Positions 48,980 to 63,977 of a stretch of 64,000 nucleotides of DNA are shown one piece after another. Numbering within the stretch: position 1 is the first letter of the stretch; each line of letters opens with the position of its first letter. The stretch lies in NCBI RefSeq assembly GCF_020745735.1, contig NC_083407.1, positions 111,292,748-111,356,747 on the forward strand. The letters run 5' to 3'. Position numbers and translations under genes: made by a program. The notes below the pieces were generated by a model, which worked only from the letters and a program-made list of their open reading frames with translations, was not told where the DNA came from and did not search any database. The stretch comes from Hemiscyllium ocellatum (lineage: Eukaryota).

Positions 48980-49720
48980 CGCAGATGACACTAAAGTAGG
49001 TGGAAAAATAAGTTACAATGAACAAGATTATCCATATTGGTGAGAGGAATAGAAGTTATCATCTAAATGGAGAGAAACTTCAGAGTGCTTCAGCATAGAA
49101 GGATCTTGGTGTCCTCGAGCTGAGTTGTTGAAAAGCAGTGTGCAGCTACAGCAGGTAATGGAAGGCAGATGGAAGTCTGGCATTTATTGGTAAAAGCATA
49201 GAATTTAAAAGTGAGGAAACATTGTTGCAACTGTACCATATCTGAAGTACTGTGTAGAGTTTGGCCCCTTGACTTGAGGAAGAATGTAGTTGCATTGGAG
49301 GCGGTTCAGCGAAGGATCACTCAATGAAATCCAGAGATGAGGACTGTGACTGAGGAGGAGAGACTTTGCAGTTTAGTCCTACACTTCCTTGTCATTGGCA
49401 AACTGAGAGGTATATAAGATGCTAAAGGGGATTGACAAAGCTGACAGTGGATGTGTTCCCTGGGGATATCCTAGAGCAGGAGATCATCATTTTAAAACGG
49501 AGATGAGGACGAAATGCTTATCTCATGTATCTGTGGCATTCACTACCCCAGAGTGCTGCTGGTTCTGGGACAGTAAACACATTTGGTTTGAGGGGTTGCA
49601 GAGAGCTGGCAGGAAAATGGAATTGAGGCCAAGGTGAAATCAGGCACGATCATATTGAATGGTGCAGCATGCTCAAGGGCCTGAATGGCTTACTGCTGCT
49701 CTTGGTTCTTCTGTCCTTCT
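48980..49720 (+). mobile_element. Old CR1 fragment
   Basis: KFADDTKVGG motif and CR1 3' motifs. Confidence 0.75.
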
Positions 49721-50879
49721 GTGAATGGCAAACTACTGCCTCCTCAGATTCTGTTTTGGGGAGAGCAGAACAATGCCACCCCTTTCTGCTGCTGAATGGT
49801 TCATGCGCTCTGTAACTTGAGGCTATCCAGTGTAATAATGATGACAATGAATGGTGATACCAGGATTATACAGCGAGAGAAGTGTGTTCAGGTTGCTAAT
49901 GGCAGGTTTGGAGCTCTTACAGCATTTGTAGCACTTCAATGAGAAAGCACAGAGCAGATGTCAGAATTGTTTGTATTCCCACTAGATGGGCTCCCAAAAC
50001 TAATGTGTCAATAAATGATTCTTAGAAAAGCCTGGGTGAATGACGGCTTCTCAGCAGGATGCCAAACAACTGTCCAAGCTGTTGGTTCAGGAAAAGAATA
50101 TCACGTCAGTAAAAGTCGATCCGTTATCTCAGGCAGTGACAACAGTCTGTGGAAGACAGGGCAGCTAGTGGAAGTGCATCTGAAACCTTACTGAGGCGTG
50201 CCGTGGTTTCTGACGTGTTCTGCCTAACACTTGGTGAAATGAAGCTTCCATCACCTCAAGGGACTTTTTCTTTCAAGCATTAATGCGGAGTGCTACAAAT
50301 GTCTCACAGTGGCACGAGGTGTAGAATTAGACCAAATTCCTGTAACGGTGCACAATGCTGCAATACGCTGTCTGGTCTCATCAGAGTAACTTGTGCCTGA
50401 TACACAAAAGGAATCCAAAGTACAATAACTAGACTTCAAAGCATTTTATATTGGCTGTGAAGAGCTTTGGAATGTCTTGAAATCCTGGAAGGTCAATTCA
50501 GTTGGAATTTACCTTTCTTTAAAAACAATCCCCAGTTATGCTCACTTCCAATTAGCCAACTCACTTCTTACTTTCCACCAATTTTCTCCTCTTCATTGTT
50601 TTCTCCAAAGGCGCTAATTCCTTCCTGGCATGTAGTTTGGTGGGTACTTGACCCTGGTGAAAGTCTGAATCCAACTGATGAGTAGCATATTGCCGTACCT
50701 CATGGCAGGGATGGGGTGGAGATGGGGGAGAAGTGGACCAGTGCCACATCCTTCACACCACATGACTGCATTTGCTGACTGACTGCCCCTAATCAAAAGT
50801 GTAAGAGACTAGATACTTGCTGATGCTCGAGGAGCTCACTCACAAGCTGTTCACGGCAGCCATGTTTCTTATGTCTGTG

Positions 50880-51255
50880 TCTGGAGGTCAAAATGTGAAG
50901 ATCTCTCCACTGACCTGAGCAGAGCGTACATTCTGACCCTCCTGTGAAGGGCCAAGGAAGTGCTACATTGTCTTTCGGATAAGCTGGTAAATCATGTTCT
51001 AATTCACCACCTTAGTTGTACTTAGATTCCAGGGCACCTGTTGGGAAGAAGGGCAGGGGCATCATCCTGGCTCATACCTATCCCTTAAATGTCCTCAAGA
51101 AACACATCATCTCATTATCTCATTGTGAGCAGGACATTGCTACACATAAGCTGTCTGCCGAGTTTCCTAAATTAAAATAGTGACTGCACTTTACAAATTA
51201 GCTGTAAAGTGTTTTGGGTCATTCTGGGGATTTGATAGGGTCTCAATTAAATGCA
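50880..51255 (+). mobile_element. Deu-domain SINE relic
   Basis: GTGCTACATTGTCTTTCGGATAAG core and typical 3' region. Confidence 0.45.
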
Positions 51256-51492
51256 ATATGCTGAGAGGATGCTTCCCTTTGTCAGGGAATCTAGAACTAG
51301 GGGACATTGCTTAAAAGTTGTGGGTCTCTCATTTGAGGTGGTGATGTGAGGAAATCATTTGCCTAACCCTTTTTTTTATGTCTGTGGAATGATCTTGCAC
51401 AGGCATCCATGGGGGCTGGCTCACTGAATTTCTTCAAGGCTGGGTTAGAGTTTTGACCGACCCAAAGGATGATTGTGGTGTTAGGGATAAAA

Positions 51493-52133
51493 CCCCTGCA
51501 GTGTGGAAGCAGGCCATTCAGCCCATTGAGTCGACACCAATCTTCCGAAGACCACCCAGGCCCATCCCATCCCTGTAACCCTACATTTTTCATTGCTAAC
51601 CCACCCACATGCACCTCCCTTGACATTGTGGGCAATTTAGTATAACTGATCCACATAACCTGCACATCTGTGGACTGTAGGAGGAAACCGGAACACCTGG
51701 AGAAAACTCCTGCAGACATGGGGAGAATGTGCAAACTCCAAATAGACAGTCGAGCCAGAGGACACAGCTTAAAAATACGGTGTAGACCATTTAGGACAGA
51801 GATGAGGAGAAACGTCTTCACCCAGAGAGTGGTGGCTGTGTGGAATGCCCTGTCCCAGAGGGCAGTGAAGGCCCAGTCTCTGGATTCATTTAAGAAAGAG
51901 TTGGATAGAGCTCTGAAGGATAGTGGAATCAAGGGTTATGGAGATAAGGCAGGAACAGGATACTGATTAAGGATGATCAGCCATGATCATATTGAATGGT
52001 GGTGCAGGCTCGAAGGGCAGAATGGCCTACTCCTGCACCTATTATCTATTGTCTATTGTCGCCCGAGGCTGGATTCAAACTTGGGTCCCTGGCACAGTGA
52101 GGCAGCAGGGATAACCACTGAGCACAGTGCCAC
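51493..52133 (-). mobile_element. HE1-related SINE interrupted by a young CR1 3' end (~51752-52057 +)
   Basis: The SINE body breaks at GACAGTC and resumes at GTCGCCCGAGG. The insert reads RGHSLKI..FTQRVVAVWNAL and ends in a CTATT tail. Confidence 0.85.
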
Positions 52134-52919
52134 ACTAATGATGGTCGAGTAGGTTTTATGGGAGAGATGGTCTTTTCCTGGTCCTGATGTTTGTGATCTA
52201 ATGTTCTTGTGAATGAGGTTCTTTGTAGTCAGCAAATCCTCAGTAAGTCCAATTTAATCATCAGACACCATGTAAGCTCAGACTAATTCCCTCAGCACTC
52301 ATTGGAGGGTAACAACTTGGGGGAATCATAGACTGAGGGAATTACTGGCTGATGGATCGAAACAGACTATATCTGTTGAGCTCCTCAAACTGATTCCATG
52401 GTTTAATCAGATTATAGCTGCTCTGAAACCTACCTCCATGTAGGATCTGTGAGTAGAATCATCAAAGGGTTACAGCCCAGAAAGAGGCTATTTGACCAGT
52501 CGAGCTTGTGCTAGCTCTCAGCAAGAGCATTTCACGAACCCTAGTTCTCCAATCTGTCCCCATATTCCTGAAAACATTTTCTCTTCAGCTCCTTATCCAG
52601 TTCCCTTGATTAAAGCTTCACGAAGCACCAACCTTCCGTACTGGTCACTTCAGAACGTGATCAGAACTTTGATTTTGTTTTTTTCACTGATCAGTTCAAT
52701 TCAATAGGAACTGGTTCTCTAACTACAATGTCCAGGCCTCACATGACTTTGAATAATTCCTTTGAATCTCTGAGGAGAACAACCTCAGCTTCTCCAATCT
52801 AACCAAGTACTGTAACCAAAAAAACCTATTCCTGGAATCATGCTCCGAAATCATTTCCGAATCCTCTAGAAAGCCTTCACATCCTTCCAAAAGCTCAATT
52901 CTCCGAATCGGACACACTG

Positions 52920-53241
52920 GATTAGATTCCCTACAGTGTGGAAGCCGGCCTTTCAGCCCAACAAGTCCACACCAACCCTCCGAAGAGCAACCCACCCAGA
53001 CCCATTCCCCTACATTCACCCCTGACTGATGCATCTAACACTACAGGCAATTTAGCATGGCCAATTCACCTAATCTACATATCTTTGGACTGTGGGAGGA
53101 AACTGGAGCACCCGGAGGAAACCCATGCAGATATGGGGAGAATGTGCAAACTCCACACAGACAGTTGCCCGAGGCGGGAACTGAACCCAGATCCCTGGCG
53201 CTGTGAGGCAGCAGTGCTAACCACCGAGCCACTGTGCCACC
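52920..53241 (-). mobile_element. HE1 SINE inside an old CR1 fragment (~52460-53600 -)
   Basis: Full HE1 copy; the flanks translate to RLEKLRLFS. Confidence 0.85.
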
Positions 53242-54129
53242 ACAACTACTCCAGTATTGTCCAAAAGATGCATTATAACGTCCTAACATTTGTACACTTT
53301 GCCTCTAGCTAAAAAGCCGAGGATCCCATATGTCTTTTCAATCACTTCCAACCTCTTCTTCTACCTTAAATGCTTTGTACACAAAGGGTGTTCGGTTCCT
53401 GCACCTTTTTGTCCTCTTACATTTTGGATTATTTTATCATTCCTCATTCTTCCTACCGAAATCTTCAGTTTGTAATTTATGTGACTTGTTGAAGTCTATC
53501 ACATATCTCCTCACAGTTCATCCTACGTCAAAGTTTTGTGTCATTTACAAATTTTAGATTATCAAAGTCATCGATATTTAATTAAGAAATGCAGTGATCT
53601 TCACACTGACCCTTGGAAAATTTGCCTTTGCATCATACCCTTTACAAAAAAACCTTCAATCCCAAATTTAATAATTGATCTCACATCACTTAACGTTAAC
53701 AGAAAATAGTTCCAAACATTTTTAGTTCTTCTTCATTTAATTTCTGAATGAATTGGCTCTTTTTGATTTGCTCTACCGTTATTTCTAGACTATCCAAACA
53801 AACAGTCCCTCTTGGTCTACTTTATCTGATTCTCCTAATACCTTGAGAATTTTGGTCAAATGAACGCTCCCCCCGGCAACTTAATCTTCTAAATTCCTGT
53901 GAATATGATCTTTATTTATGAAATCACTCCTCCTCATTTAACACTTGAAATGTTTGTGTCATTGCAGAAGTAGGTTAATTGGACTTAGATTTGCACTCCC
54001 TCCAAAGCAAATATATACATTCTCAGATGATGTTTTTATTTATTCTTTCGGATGTGGCCATTGCTGCCTGGCCAGCATTTACTGCCTGTCCTGAGTAGCC
54101 TTTGAGGAAGTGGTGGTAAACTGTTTTCT

Positions 54130-56290
54130 TGAACACTTGCAATCCATGTGCTGTGGGTAGACCTGCAGTAACTCTAGATGTGGTCTACCCAGGGCTTCAT
54201 GTCTCTAAGGCATGACCTCTAACCCCTTGTATTTTAGTTCTTTAAATGGAATTCCAGCTTTTCAGTCACAGTTATGATTATTTTCTTGTCAGGTTCTTGT
54301 CATTTTTATGATCTATACATCTGGACTTCTGAGTCTCTTGGACCTCTGCTGTTTTGCGATTAATAAAGCACCCAGTTTTGTTCTTTTTAGGTTGAAAATG
54401 GGTTCTCACATTTGTGACTACATTGGAATGAATTTGACACAGTTTTACCCGCTCACTTAATCTATCAGTACCTCTGAGCAATGTTATGTTGCCATCTACA
54501 CTGCTTGTAATGTTAGCTTTCTCTGTCACCTATCAGCAAATTTGGATAAATGGCCCACTTTCCCATTATCCAAGCCATTAGTAAGTACAGTGAATGGATA
54601 TGGCACAAACACACATCCCCTAGTCACATCCTTGCAATGAGATTGTCTGCACATTACTCTTACTGTGTGTCTCCTGACACTCAGTAATTTCCTAACCGGG
54701 TCAATAATTTGTCTTCAGTTCCATCAGCTTCAACTACAGCTTTTACGAGGGACTTTGTCAAGTGCCCTCGACAAGTCCATATGACTGTCGGCCCATAGGA
54801 TTGTTGACTGCTATCTCATCAAGTCTTTGATTCAAATTTAAAGTATTTGAAAGCTGTGCACACTTAAATCCTTAATTTGCAAACATATAATCAGATTCAA
54901 AGAAATGGAGAATATTCAAATAAACGCGTCGCGAGCAATGAATGGTACTCCATTAAACAAAACAAGCATCCAAATGAATGTTTTGTGCTGGCATACCCGA
55001 CTGAAATGAAATGGAGCAGGTGAATCCCTTTTGAGTACAAAAAGTCCTTTAAAACTGGCACTTTTGTTAACCAGTAAGTGATTTTTCAGTTCACTTTTAT
55101 TGTAAAAGCCACCTCCTTACCACTTGCTGCTTTTGCCACCTCTTCAAAAATATCAGTGGTGTTTGTCAGGCATGACCTACCTTTACAAATCCATACTGGC
55201 TCTTCATGAATGAGTGAAAATTTTCAAAGTGTTCAGTCACCCCTCTCCTCATTTATAGACACTAGTAATTTTCCTGACATCAGATGTTAAGCTAGCTGGT
55301 CAATAATTCTCTGTCTTCCCTCTTCTTTTTTTGCTTAACTGACGCACACAATTTTCCAATTGAAAGGAGCAGTTTGCATCGAGAGAACTTTGGAAGGTTA
55401 TAGTTAGGACATCTGCTATATTCTCACCTATTTGTTTTACAGTCCTGGAATGGGAACTGACTCGTGCTGGGGATTTGCACTATTACTTTTTAAAAATCTC
55501 TTTAAGGTTAACTTTGGTGAGCCTTTGTCTCTGATTCACTAATAATTTCCTGTTCAATTTACAAAACACTGATCTCTTCTTCTAATGAAAATACTGGCAT
55601 AAAGTCATGTTTCAGTATCACTAGTATTTCCGTATTTTTATTGATCATATCCCCATTATCTGTTTTCAGAGCTGTCTGTTCAGGAAAAACAATGACCCCC
55701 TGACCCCATTATAATTTAGAGTCAAAGAGAGTCACCCTTCAGTCCAACTTGACCAGGGCAACCAGATATCCTAAATTAATCTTGTCCCATTTGGCAGCAC
55801 TTGGCCCATATCGCTCTAAGCCCTTCCCATTCATATACCTATCCAGATATCTTCTAAACGTTGTAATTGTGCCAGCCTCCACCACTTCCTCTGGCAGTTC
55901 ATTTCATACATGCATCTCACTGTGTGAAAACGTTGCTCCTTTTAAATTGTTTCCCTTGCTCTAGTTTTGGACTCCCCTACTCTGAGGAAAAGACTTGGAC
56001 TATTCACCCTATCAATGCCCCTCATGATTTTATAAACTTGTACAAGGTTACCCCTCAGCCTCCAATGTTCCAGGGAAAACAGTCCCAGCCTGATCAGCAT
56101 CTTCCTACAGCTCAAACCCTCCAACCCTGGCAACATCCTTGTAAATCTTTTCTGAAGCCTTGCAAGTTTCACAACACATTTCCCGTAGCAAGGGGACCAG
56201 AATTGAATACCGTGTTCCAAAAGTAGCCTAACCAGTGCCTGTACAGCTGCTACATAACCTCATAACTCCCATATTCAATACACTGACCAC
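54130..56290 (-). mobile_element. Old CR1 fragments plus a younger CR1 3' end (55717-56290)
   Basis: QFWSPCY..LQKRFTRMLPGL motif. Confidence 0.7.
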
Positions 56291-57929
56291 AGTTACACAT
56301 TATTTACAGAGTGATCCATTTGATGGTGACCAAAGAAGGTAGAGGTGGCTCACAGGTTCGGCCTATTCTCACATAATTGAGCTCAGGCAAGATGCAAATA
56401 TAGCAATTAAGTCTTTTCCTCTTCATTCAAACATTAGAACAGTGGCCTGCAAGTCCCACCAGTTCTAAAGTGAACAAATGTACTAGATTGATAGTCAGCA
56501 GTTAAACTGTCTGAAGACATTGTGGAATAAAATTAGGAAGGGTCAGGATATGCAAAACAGGCTGTAGTATCAACTGACTGTTAATCACTCCTCACTCCTC
56601 ACCACTGCATTCAAATCCATGACCTCCACCACCTGGCAAACAAATAGGAACACTTGCACGTTCCTCCTCAAGGAGGACGTCATCCTGACTTGGAACTCTT
56701 TCACTTGCCATTCTTTTACTTACCCTGGTTTAAAAGCCAGCACCCTCCATCCCTAAAAGCATCTTGGGTGTATCCATTCCCATTGGACTGCCACATTTCA
56801 AGAAGGCAGCTCTCCCCATCTTAAGGGCAGTTAAGATGGTAAGCAATAAATGCTGGTCCAGCCAGCAACACCAACAAAGAACCAAAAAACCCACTCCGTA
56901 TTCAATTTCATTCATTCCAAGTGTTTAGTGTCATGGCTGCGCAGGCGAGTTTTACCCTCATGAAGTTTAAAGTGTAAGAATGAGGAATTGGTTGTAAGTT
57001 CTATCAGTGACGAATGAACAGCAGAGTATCACCCTGAGATGCTCTAGCCATTATCATGTTGCCAACTGTATAATTCCCAATGTCCCCACTAAATCCTCAG
57101 TCCTAATAATGCAAAGCTCTTCCAGCTCCATGCTGCAGTTGCTATGACGTTTTAATCAAGTTTTACATGGTTGTATTCATTTTGGACCAGCAAAGACTTC
57201 AGTGCTGTCCATTTCTGTAGATTCTGAGCATTGTATGTTTGTATGTAGAGCAATGCTCTCAATTTTAATCACAGGGTGGTTCTTACAAGGCAGGTGAGGG
57301 AATGAACGTGTTTTTTTTCTAGTAATTTAAACATCTCTTCTTTGGATCTAATGCTATCCACAATTTATTTGTAAGCCAGGGTTGAGCCACTTTTCCTCCT
57401 TGTACTAGACAAGATGAATAAATGTTATTACCACTCTTTTTTTCAAAATATCAGCCATTGCCTCTACACTGTCAACCCCTTCAGTAAAATTCCCCAATCC
57501 ATCCTTCTGAACTGGCAGCAGTGTTTCATCGATACAACTTCATTTTCATTGGAACCTCATCCAGCCCTCCAACCCTTGGAGATCTTTCTGCTGCTCCAAT
57601 TCCTGTCAGTTGCGCACCTCCACTTGCCATCACCACACTGTGACTGTTCATGCCTTCAGTTTACTAGGTTCCAAGATCTGGAGTTTCCTCAGGACATGTA
57701 TATTTTAAAAAAGGAACAAGTTTATGCTATTTGACCCCTTGAGCCTTCTCTGCTCTTGATCCTGACTAATCTTAGGACAGCAGAGTCAGTGCATTTTATT
57801 TCTTTGTTTCCATTACTAATTCCTCCAAGGGTCACTATCTGACACTCCTCCTTTTTATATATTTTCAGAAGGGCTTACTTGTATTTTTTTAAAATAATCA
57901 AATAAAGCTAAGAAGGATAGCAAGGTTAA

Positions 57930-60780
57930 AATGGTCTAAAGGCTTTCTGTCTTGTGCACTGAGCATTTGCAATAAGGTAAATGCATTAGCAGAAACAGAT
58001 GCAGATGGTTCTAATTTAGACCAACTGAATATCATTAAGAAAGAGGTATGTTTTCGATTTTGGAGGCATTAAAGGGTATGGTGAGAAAATGGTAATATTG
58101 CATCAAAATAGAGGATGAGCCATGTTCATATTGTTTGGTGGAGCAGGCTTGAAGGCTCTGAATGGCATACACCTGCTTCTGTTTCTATATTTCTATATGT
58201 GATTACAGAGAAGTTAACTCTGAGAGTATCAAATGCCAATTGGCAAGAATGGATTGGCGAATCTTATTAAAGAGGTTGACAGTGTCATAGAGTTATAGAG
58301 ATGTACAGCACGGAAACAGACCCTTCGGTCCAACCCGTCTATGCCGACCAGATATCCCAACCCACTCTAGTCCCACCTGCCATATCCCTTCAAACCCTCC
58401 CTATTTATATACCCATCCAAATGCCCCTTAAATGTTGCAATTGTACCAGCTTCCACCACTTCCTCTGGCAGCTCATTCCATACACGTACCACCCTCTGGG
58501 TGAAAAAGTTGCCCCGTAGGTCTCTTTTATATCTTTCCCCTCTCACCCTAAACCTATGCCCTCTAGTTCTGGACTCCCCGACCCCAGGGGACTTTGCCTA
58601 TTTACCGTATCTATGTCCCTCATAATTTTGTAAACCTCTATAAGGTCACCCCTCAGCCTCCGCAGCTCCAGTGAGAACAGCCCCAGCCTCTCCCTATAGC
58701 TCAAATCCTCCAACCCTGGCAACATCAGTGAATAGGCAATGGCTAATATTTTTAAAAACGTGCATAAATACCAACATTTATTCATCTTAACTGGTACAAA
58801 AATAAAAGAGGAAAGGTGTCTCAACCATGGCTTACAAATAAATTATGGATAGTGTTAGATTCAAAGAGGAGACTATAAAATAGCTGGAGAAAGGAGCAAG
58901 ACTGGGGATTGGGAGAATTTTAGAATTCAGTGAAAGAAGGCAAAATGCTTGATCAAGGGGAAAATTGAATATGAGAGTAAAATGGAAAGGAATCTAGAAA
59001 CTGACTGTAAAAGCTTCTGTAAGCATGTGAACACAAAAAGGTTAGTAAATGCAAATGGTCAGAAGCAGAGAAAACTATGCTGAGGAACATAGAAATGGCA
59101 GAAAGATTCAACATAAACTTTGGTTCTGTCTTCACAAAAGAGGGCAGAAAAAACCTCCCAAAAATATTCAGGATCCAAGGATCCGGTGAGAGGGAAGAAT
59201 TGAAGGAAATCAGTATTAGCACGAAAATGGTGCTGGGTTATTATTGGGGTTAAATCTAAGACATCCCTCGGGTCTGCATGCTAGAATACTGAAGGAAATT
59301 ATCTTGGAAACATTGGGTGCATTTGTGATCATCTTCCAAAGTCCTTTGGACTCTGGAGTAGTTCCCATAGATTAGTGGGTGGCAAATCTCACCCCACTAT
59401 TTAAAAAAGGATGGAAAAAAACTCAGAGAATTACAGACCAATTAACTGAACATCAGTATTGGGGACAATGCTCGAGTCTATTATAAAAGATATGATAACA
59501 GAACACTTGGAAGGCATTAGTAGGGTTGGACAAAGCCAGCATGGCTTCATGAAAGGGTAATATTGCTACACAAATTTACTGGAGTTTTTGAGGCTGTAAC
59601 TAGTAGAATAGATAGGAGAGAACTAGTGGATCTAATGTATTTGGATTTCAAAAATTCTTTTGTTAAGATCCCTCACGAGAGGTGAGTGGCCAAAGCTAAA
59701 AGACGTGGGTTGAAGGTGGAGTGTGTAATTTGTTGGCATGGTATGAGAATTGATGGACAGAGAGTGGGAATAAATGGGTCTTTTTCCTAGCAGCACTCAT
59801 GACGTACCGTAGGGATCAGTGCTTGGTTTCAGCTGTTCATAATGTAAATAAATGACCTGCTGGAGAGAACCAAATTATTAAAGATAGTCAGGGAAGTAAC
59901 TGCAGAGGTAGTGGATGCACTGGTAGCAATCTTTCAGGAATCCTGAGGAGAAGGATTGAAAATTGCCAATGTAACTATTATTCAGAAAGGAAATGGGACA
60001 AAATAAACAGGTAACTATACGCCAGTTAGGTTAACATTTGTCATTGGAAAGATGTTAGAGTCTGTTATCGAGAATGTAATAACAGCATTTAGAAATACAT
60101 AATATGTTTAGAGTATGGCTCATGAAGGAGAAATCACGCCTAACAAATTGAGTAGTCTGTTTGAGTATGTAACAAGTAGGATAGATGAAGGGAAATCTGT
60201 GGATGCCTTATGTTTGGATTTTCAGAGGGCATCTGATAAAGTACTACATATTTGTTTACTTCATAAGATGAGTCCAGGCTGTTGGTTTGATGTATCTCGA
60301 CATGCCTAGAGGATTGGCTAACTAATAGAAAACAGAGTTGTGATAAGGGGTGCATTATCAGGATGGCAACCTGTAACAACTGGAGTGCCAAGAAGGTCAA
60401 TGAAAGTAACTGGGTTACATTCATGAGTTAGGTGAAGAAAGTGAACGCATGAGTGCCAAATTTGTGGACGACACAAAAATATATGGGAAGACAAATGGCG
60501 AGGATGGTACAAAGAATCTGCAGAGGGATACGAACACATTATGTGAGTGGGTAAAAACTTAGCAAATGCAGTATGATGTGGGGAAACACAAGGTTTTGGC
60601 AGGAAAATAGAGAAGCTGAATATTATTTAATTTAGAAAGACTTCAGAAAGCTAGAGAACAGAGAGATTTGGGAGTCCTTGTACATGAATCACAAAAAGCT
60701 AGCATCCAACTTCAGCAGATGATGATGAAGAAAAATGGTATGTTGGCAGTTATTTCAAATGGAATGGAGTGCCTTAAGGT
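57930..60780 (+). mobile_element. Stacked decayed CR1 ORF2 fragments with a nested CR1 3' end (58285-58726 -)
   Basis: HGFMKG, LDFQRASDKV and related RT remnants. Confidence 0.75.
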
Positions 60781-60889
60781 GCATTCTTTCCATGCAAATT
60801 GGTTGTGATGCAATTAAAGGATTCAGACCATTGTTTGTATAAGGCAAACTTTCCTTACCTGTCCTGGCTATAAAGCGATCCCAGTCCCA

Positions 60890-63800
60890 TACATTTTTCG
60901 ATCATTGGAATCTCTCCTGGGGTTGAAATGACCTGTACAAGAAGGATGGATTGCACCTAAATTGGAAGGGGACTAATAGACTGGCAGGGAGATTTGCTAG
61001 AGCTGCTTGGGAGGATTTAAACTGGGAAGGTGGTGGGGATGGGCCCCAGGAAGATATTGATCTCTTTTCTCACTCTGAGACTGGTACAGTTGGGAAATGC
61101 TGCAAGTCAAACCGTCAGGGCAAACAAAGCAGAGAACAAAGTAGGACTGATAAATTAAACTGCATTTATTTCAATGCAAGAGGCCTAACAGGGAAGGCAG
61201 CTGAACTCAGGGTATGGTTAGGAACATGGGACTGGGATATTATAGCAGTTACAGAAACATGGCTCAGGGATGGACAGTATTGGCAACTTAATGTTTCAAG
61301 GATACAAATGCTACAGGAAGGACAGAAAGGGAGGCAAGAGAGGAGGTGGGAGGTGGTGTTTTTGATAAGAGATAGCATTACAGCTGGACTGTGGGAGGAT
61401 ATTCCCAGAAATACATCCTGGGAAGTTATTTGGGTGGAACTGAGAAATAAGAAAGTGATGATCACCCTATTGGGATTATATTATACACCCCTTAACAGTC
61501 AGCGGGAAATTGAGAAACAAATTTGTAAGGGGATCTCAGTTATTTGTAAGAATAATAGTGTGGTTATGGTCAGGGATTTTAACTTTCCAAACATAGACTG
61601 GGACTGCCATAGTGTTAAGGGTTTAGATGGAGAGGAATTTGTTAAGTGTGTACAAGACAATTTACTGGTTCAGTATGTGGATGTACCTACTAGAGAAGGT
61701 GCGAAACTTGACCCACTCTTGGGAAATAAGGCAGGTAACTGAGGTATCAGTGGGGGAGCACTTTGGGGCCAGCGACCATAATTCTATTAGTTTTAAAATA
61801 GTGATGGAAAAGGATAGACCGGATCTAAAAGTTGAAGTTCTAAATTGGAGGATGGCTAATGTTGACGGTACTAGAAAAGAATTTTCAAAAGCTGATTGGG
61901 GCAGATGTTCGCAGGTAAAGGGACGGCTGGAAAATGGGAAGCCTTCAGAAATGAGATACTGAGAGTCAGAGATAGTATATTCCTGTCAAGGTGAAAGGAA
62001 AGGTTGGTAGGTATAGAGAGTGCTGGATGACTCAAGAAATTGAGGGTTTGTTTAACAAAAGGAAGGAAGCATATGTCAGGTATAGACAAGATAAATTGAA
62101 TGAATCCTTAGAAGAGGATAAGGCAGGAGAGGTATACTTAGGAGGGAAATCAGGAGGGCAAAAAGGGGACATGAGATAGCTTTGGCACATAGAATTGAGG
62201 AGAACCCAAAGGGTTTTTACAAATACATTAAGGACAAAAGGGTAACGAGGGAGAGAATAGGGCCCCTCAAAGATCAGCAAGGCAGCCTCTGTGTGCAGCC
62301 ACAGGAGATGGGGGAGACACTAAATGAGTGTTTACTATGGAAAAGGGCATAGAAGATATAGAATGTAGGGAAATAGATAGTGACATCTTGAAAACTGTCC
62401 ATATTACAGAGGAGGAAGTGCTAGATGTCTGGAAACATAAAAGTGGATAAATCCCCAGGACCTGATCAGGTGTACCCTAGAACTCTGTGGGCAGATAGGG
62501 AAGTGATTGCTGGGCCCCTTGCTGAGATATTTGTATCATCGATAGTCACAGGTGAGGTGTCGGAAGACTGGAGGTTGGCTAACGTGGTGCCACTATTTAA
62601 GGAAGGTGCTAAGGACAAGCCTGGGAACTATCGACCGATGAGCCTGATGCTGGTGGTGGGCAAGTTTTTGAAGGGAATCCTGACGGACAAGATGTACATG
62701 TATTTGGAAAGGCAAGAACTGATTAGGGATAGTCAACATGGCTTTGTGCATGGGAAATCATGTTTCACAAACTTGATTGAGTTTTTTTGAAGAAGTAACA
62801 AAGAGGATTGATGAGGGCAGAGTGTAGATGTGATCTATAAGGACTTCAGTAAGGTGTTTGACAAGGTTGCCCATGGGAGACTGGTTCGCAAGGTTAGATC
62901 TAATGGAACACAGGCACAACTAGCCTTTTGGATATAAAACTGGCTTCAAGGTTGTAGACAGAGGGTGGTGGTGGAGGGTTATTTTTTTAGACTGGAGCTC
63001 TATGACCAGTGGAGTGTGGCAAGGATCAGTGCTGGGTCCTCTATGTTTTGTTATTTACATAAATGAGTTGAATGTGAGCATAAGAGGTATGGTTAGTAAG
63101 TTTGCAGATGACACCAACATTGGAGGTGTAGTGGATAGCGAAGGAAGTTACCTCAGATTACAACAGGATCTTGATCAGATGGGCCAATGGGCTGAGAAGT
63201 GGCAGATGGACTTTAATTTAGATAAATGCATTTGGAAAAGCAAATCTTAGCTGGACTTATACACTTAATGTTCTCGGGGTTGTTGCTGAACAAAGAGACC
63301 TTGGAGTGCAGGTTCATAGCTCCTTGAAGGTAGAGTCGCAGGTAGATAGGATAGTGAAGAAGGCGTTTGGTATGCTTTCCTTTATTGATCAGAGTATTGA
63401 CTATAGGAGTTGGGAGGTCATGTTGCGACTGTACAGGACATTGGTTAGGCCACTTTTGGAATATTGCATGCAATTCTGGTCTCCTTCCTTTCAGAAAGAT
63501 GTTGTTAAACGTGGAAGGCTTCAGGAGAGATTTACAAGGATGTTGGAGGATTTGAGCTACAGGGAGAGGTTGAATAGGCTACGGCTGTTTTCCCTGGAGC
63601 GTTGAAGGCTGAAAGGTGACCTTATAGAGGTTTATAAAATTACAAGGGGTATAAATAGACAAAGTCTCTTCCCTGGGGTGGGGGATTCTAGAACTGGAGG
63701 GCATAGGTTCAGGGCGAGAGGGAGATATAAAAGGGACCTAAGGGGCAACCTTTTCATGTAGAGGGTGGTACGTGTATGGAATGAGCTGCCAGAGGAAGTG

Positions 63801-63977
63801 GTGGAGGCTAGTACAATTGCAACATATAAAAGGCATCTGAATGGATATCTGAATAGGAAGGGTTTGGAGGGATATGGTAAGTGGGACCAGATTAGGTTAG
63901 GATATCTGGTTGGCATGGACAAGTTGGATCGAAGGTTCTGTTCCCGTGCTGTACATGTCTTTGACTCAATGACTCTT
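60890..63977 (+). mobile_element. Near full-length CR1 ORF2 relic (ORF1 esterase end, APE, RT, 3'UTR)
   Basis: Motifs DGLHLNWKG, CIYFNARGL, IAVTETWL, RDFNFPNIDW, SDHNSI, KSPGPDQV, QGSVLGP and FADDT, with a GACTC-type tail at ~63962-63975. Confidence 0.92.
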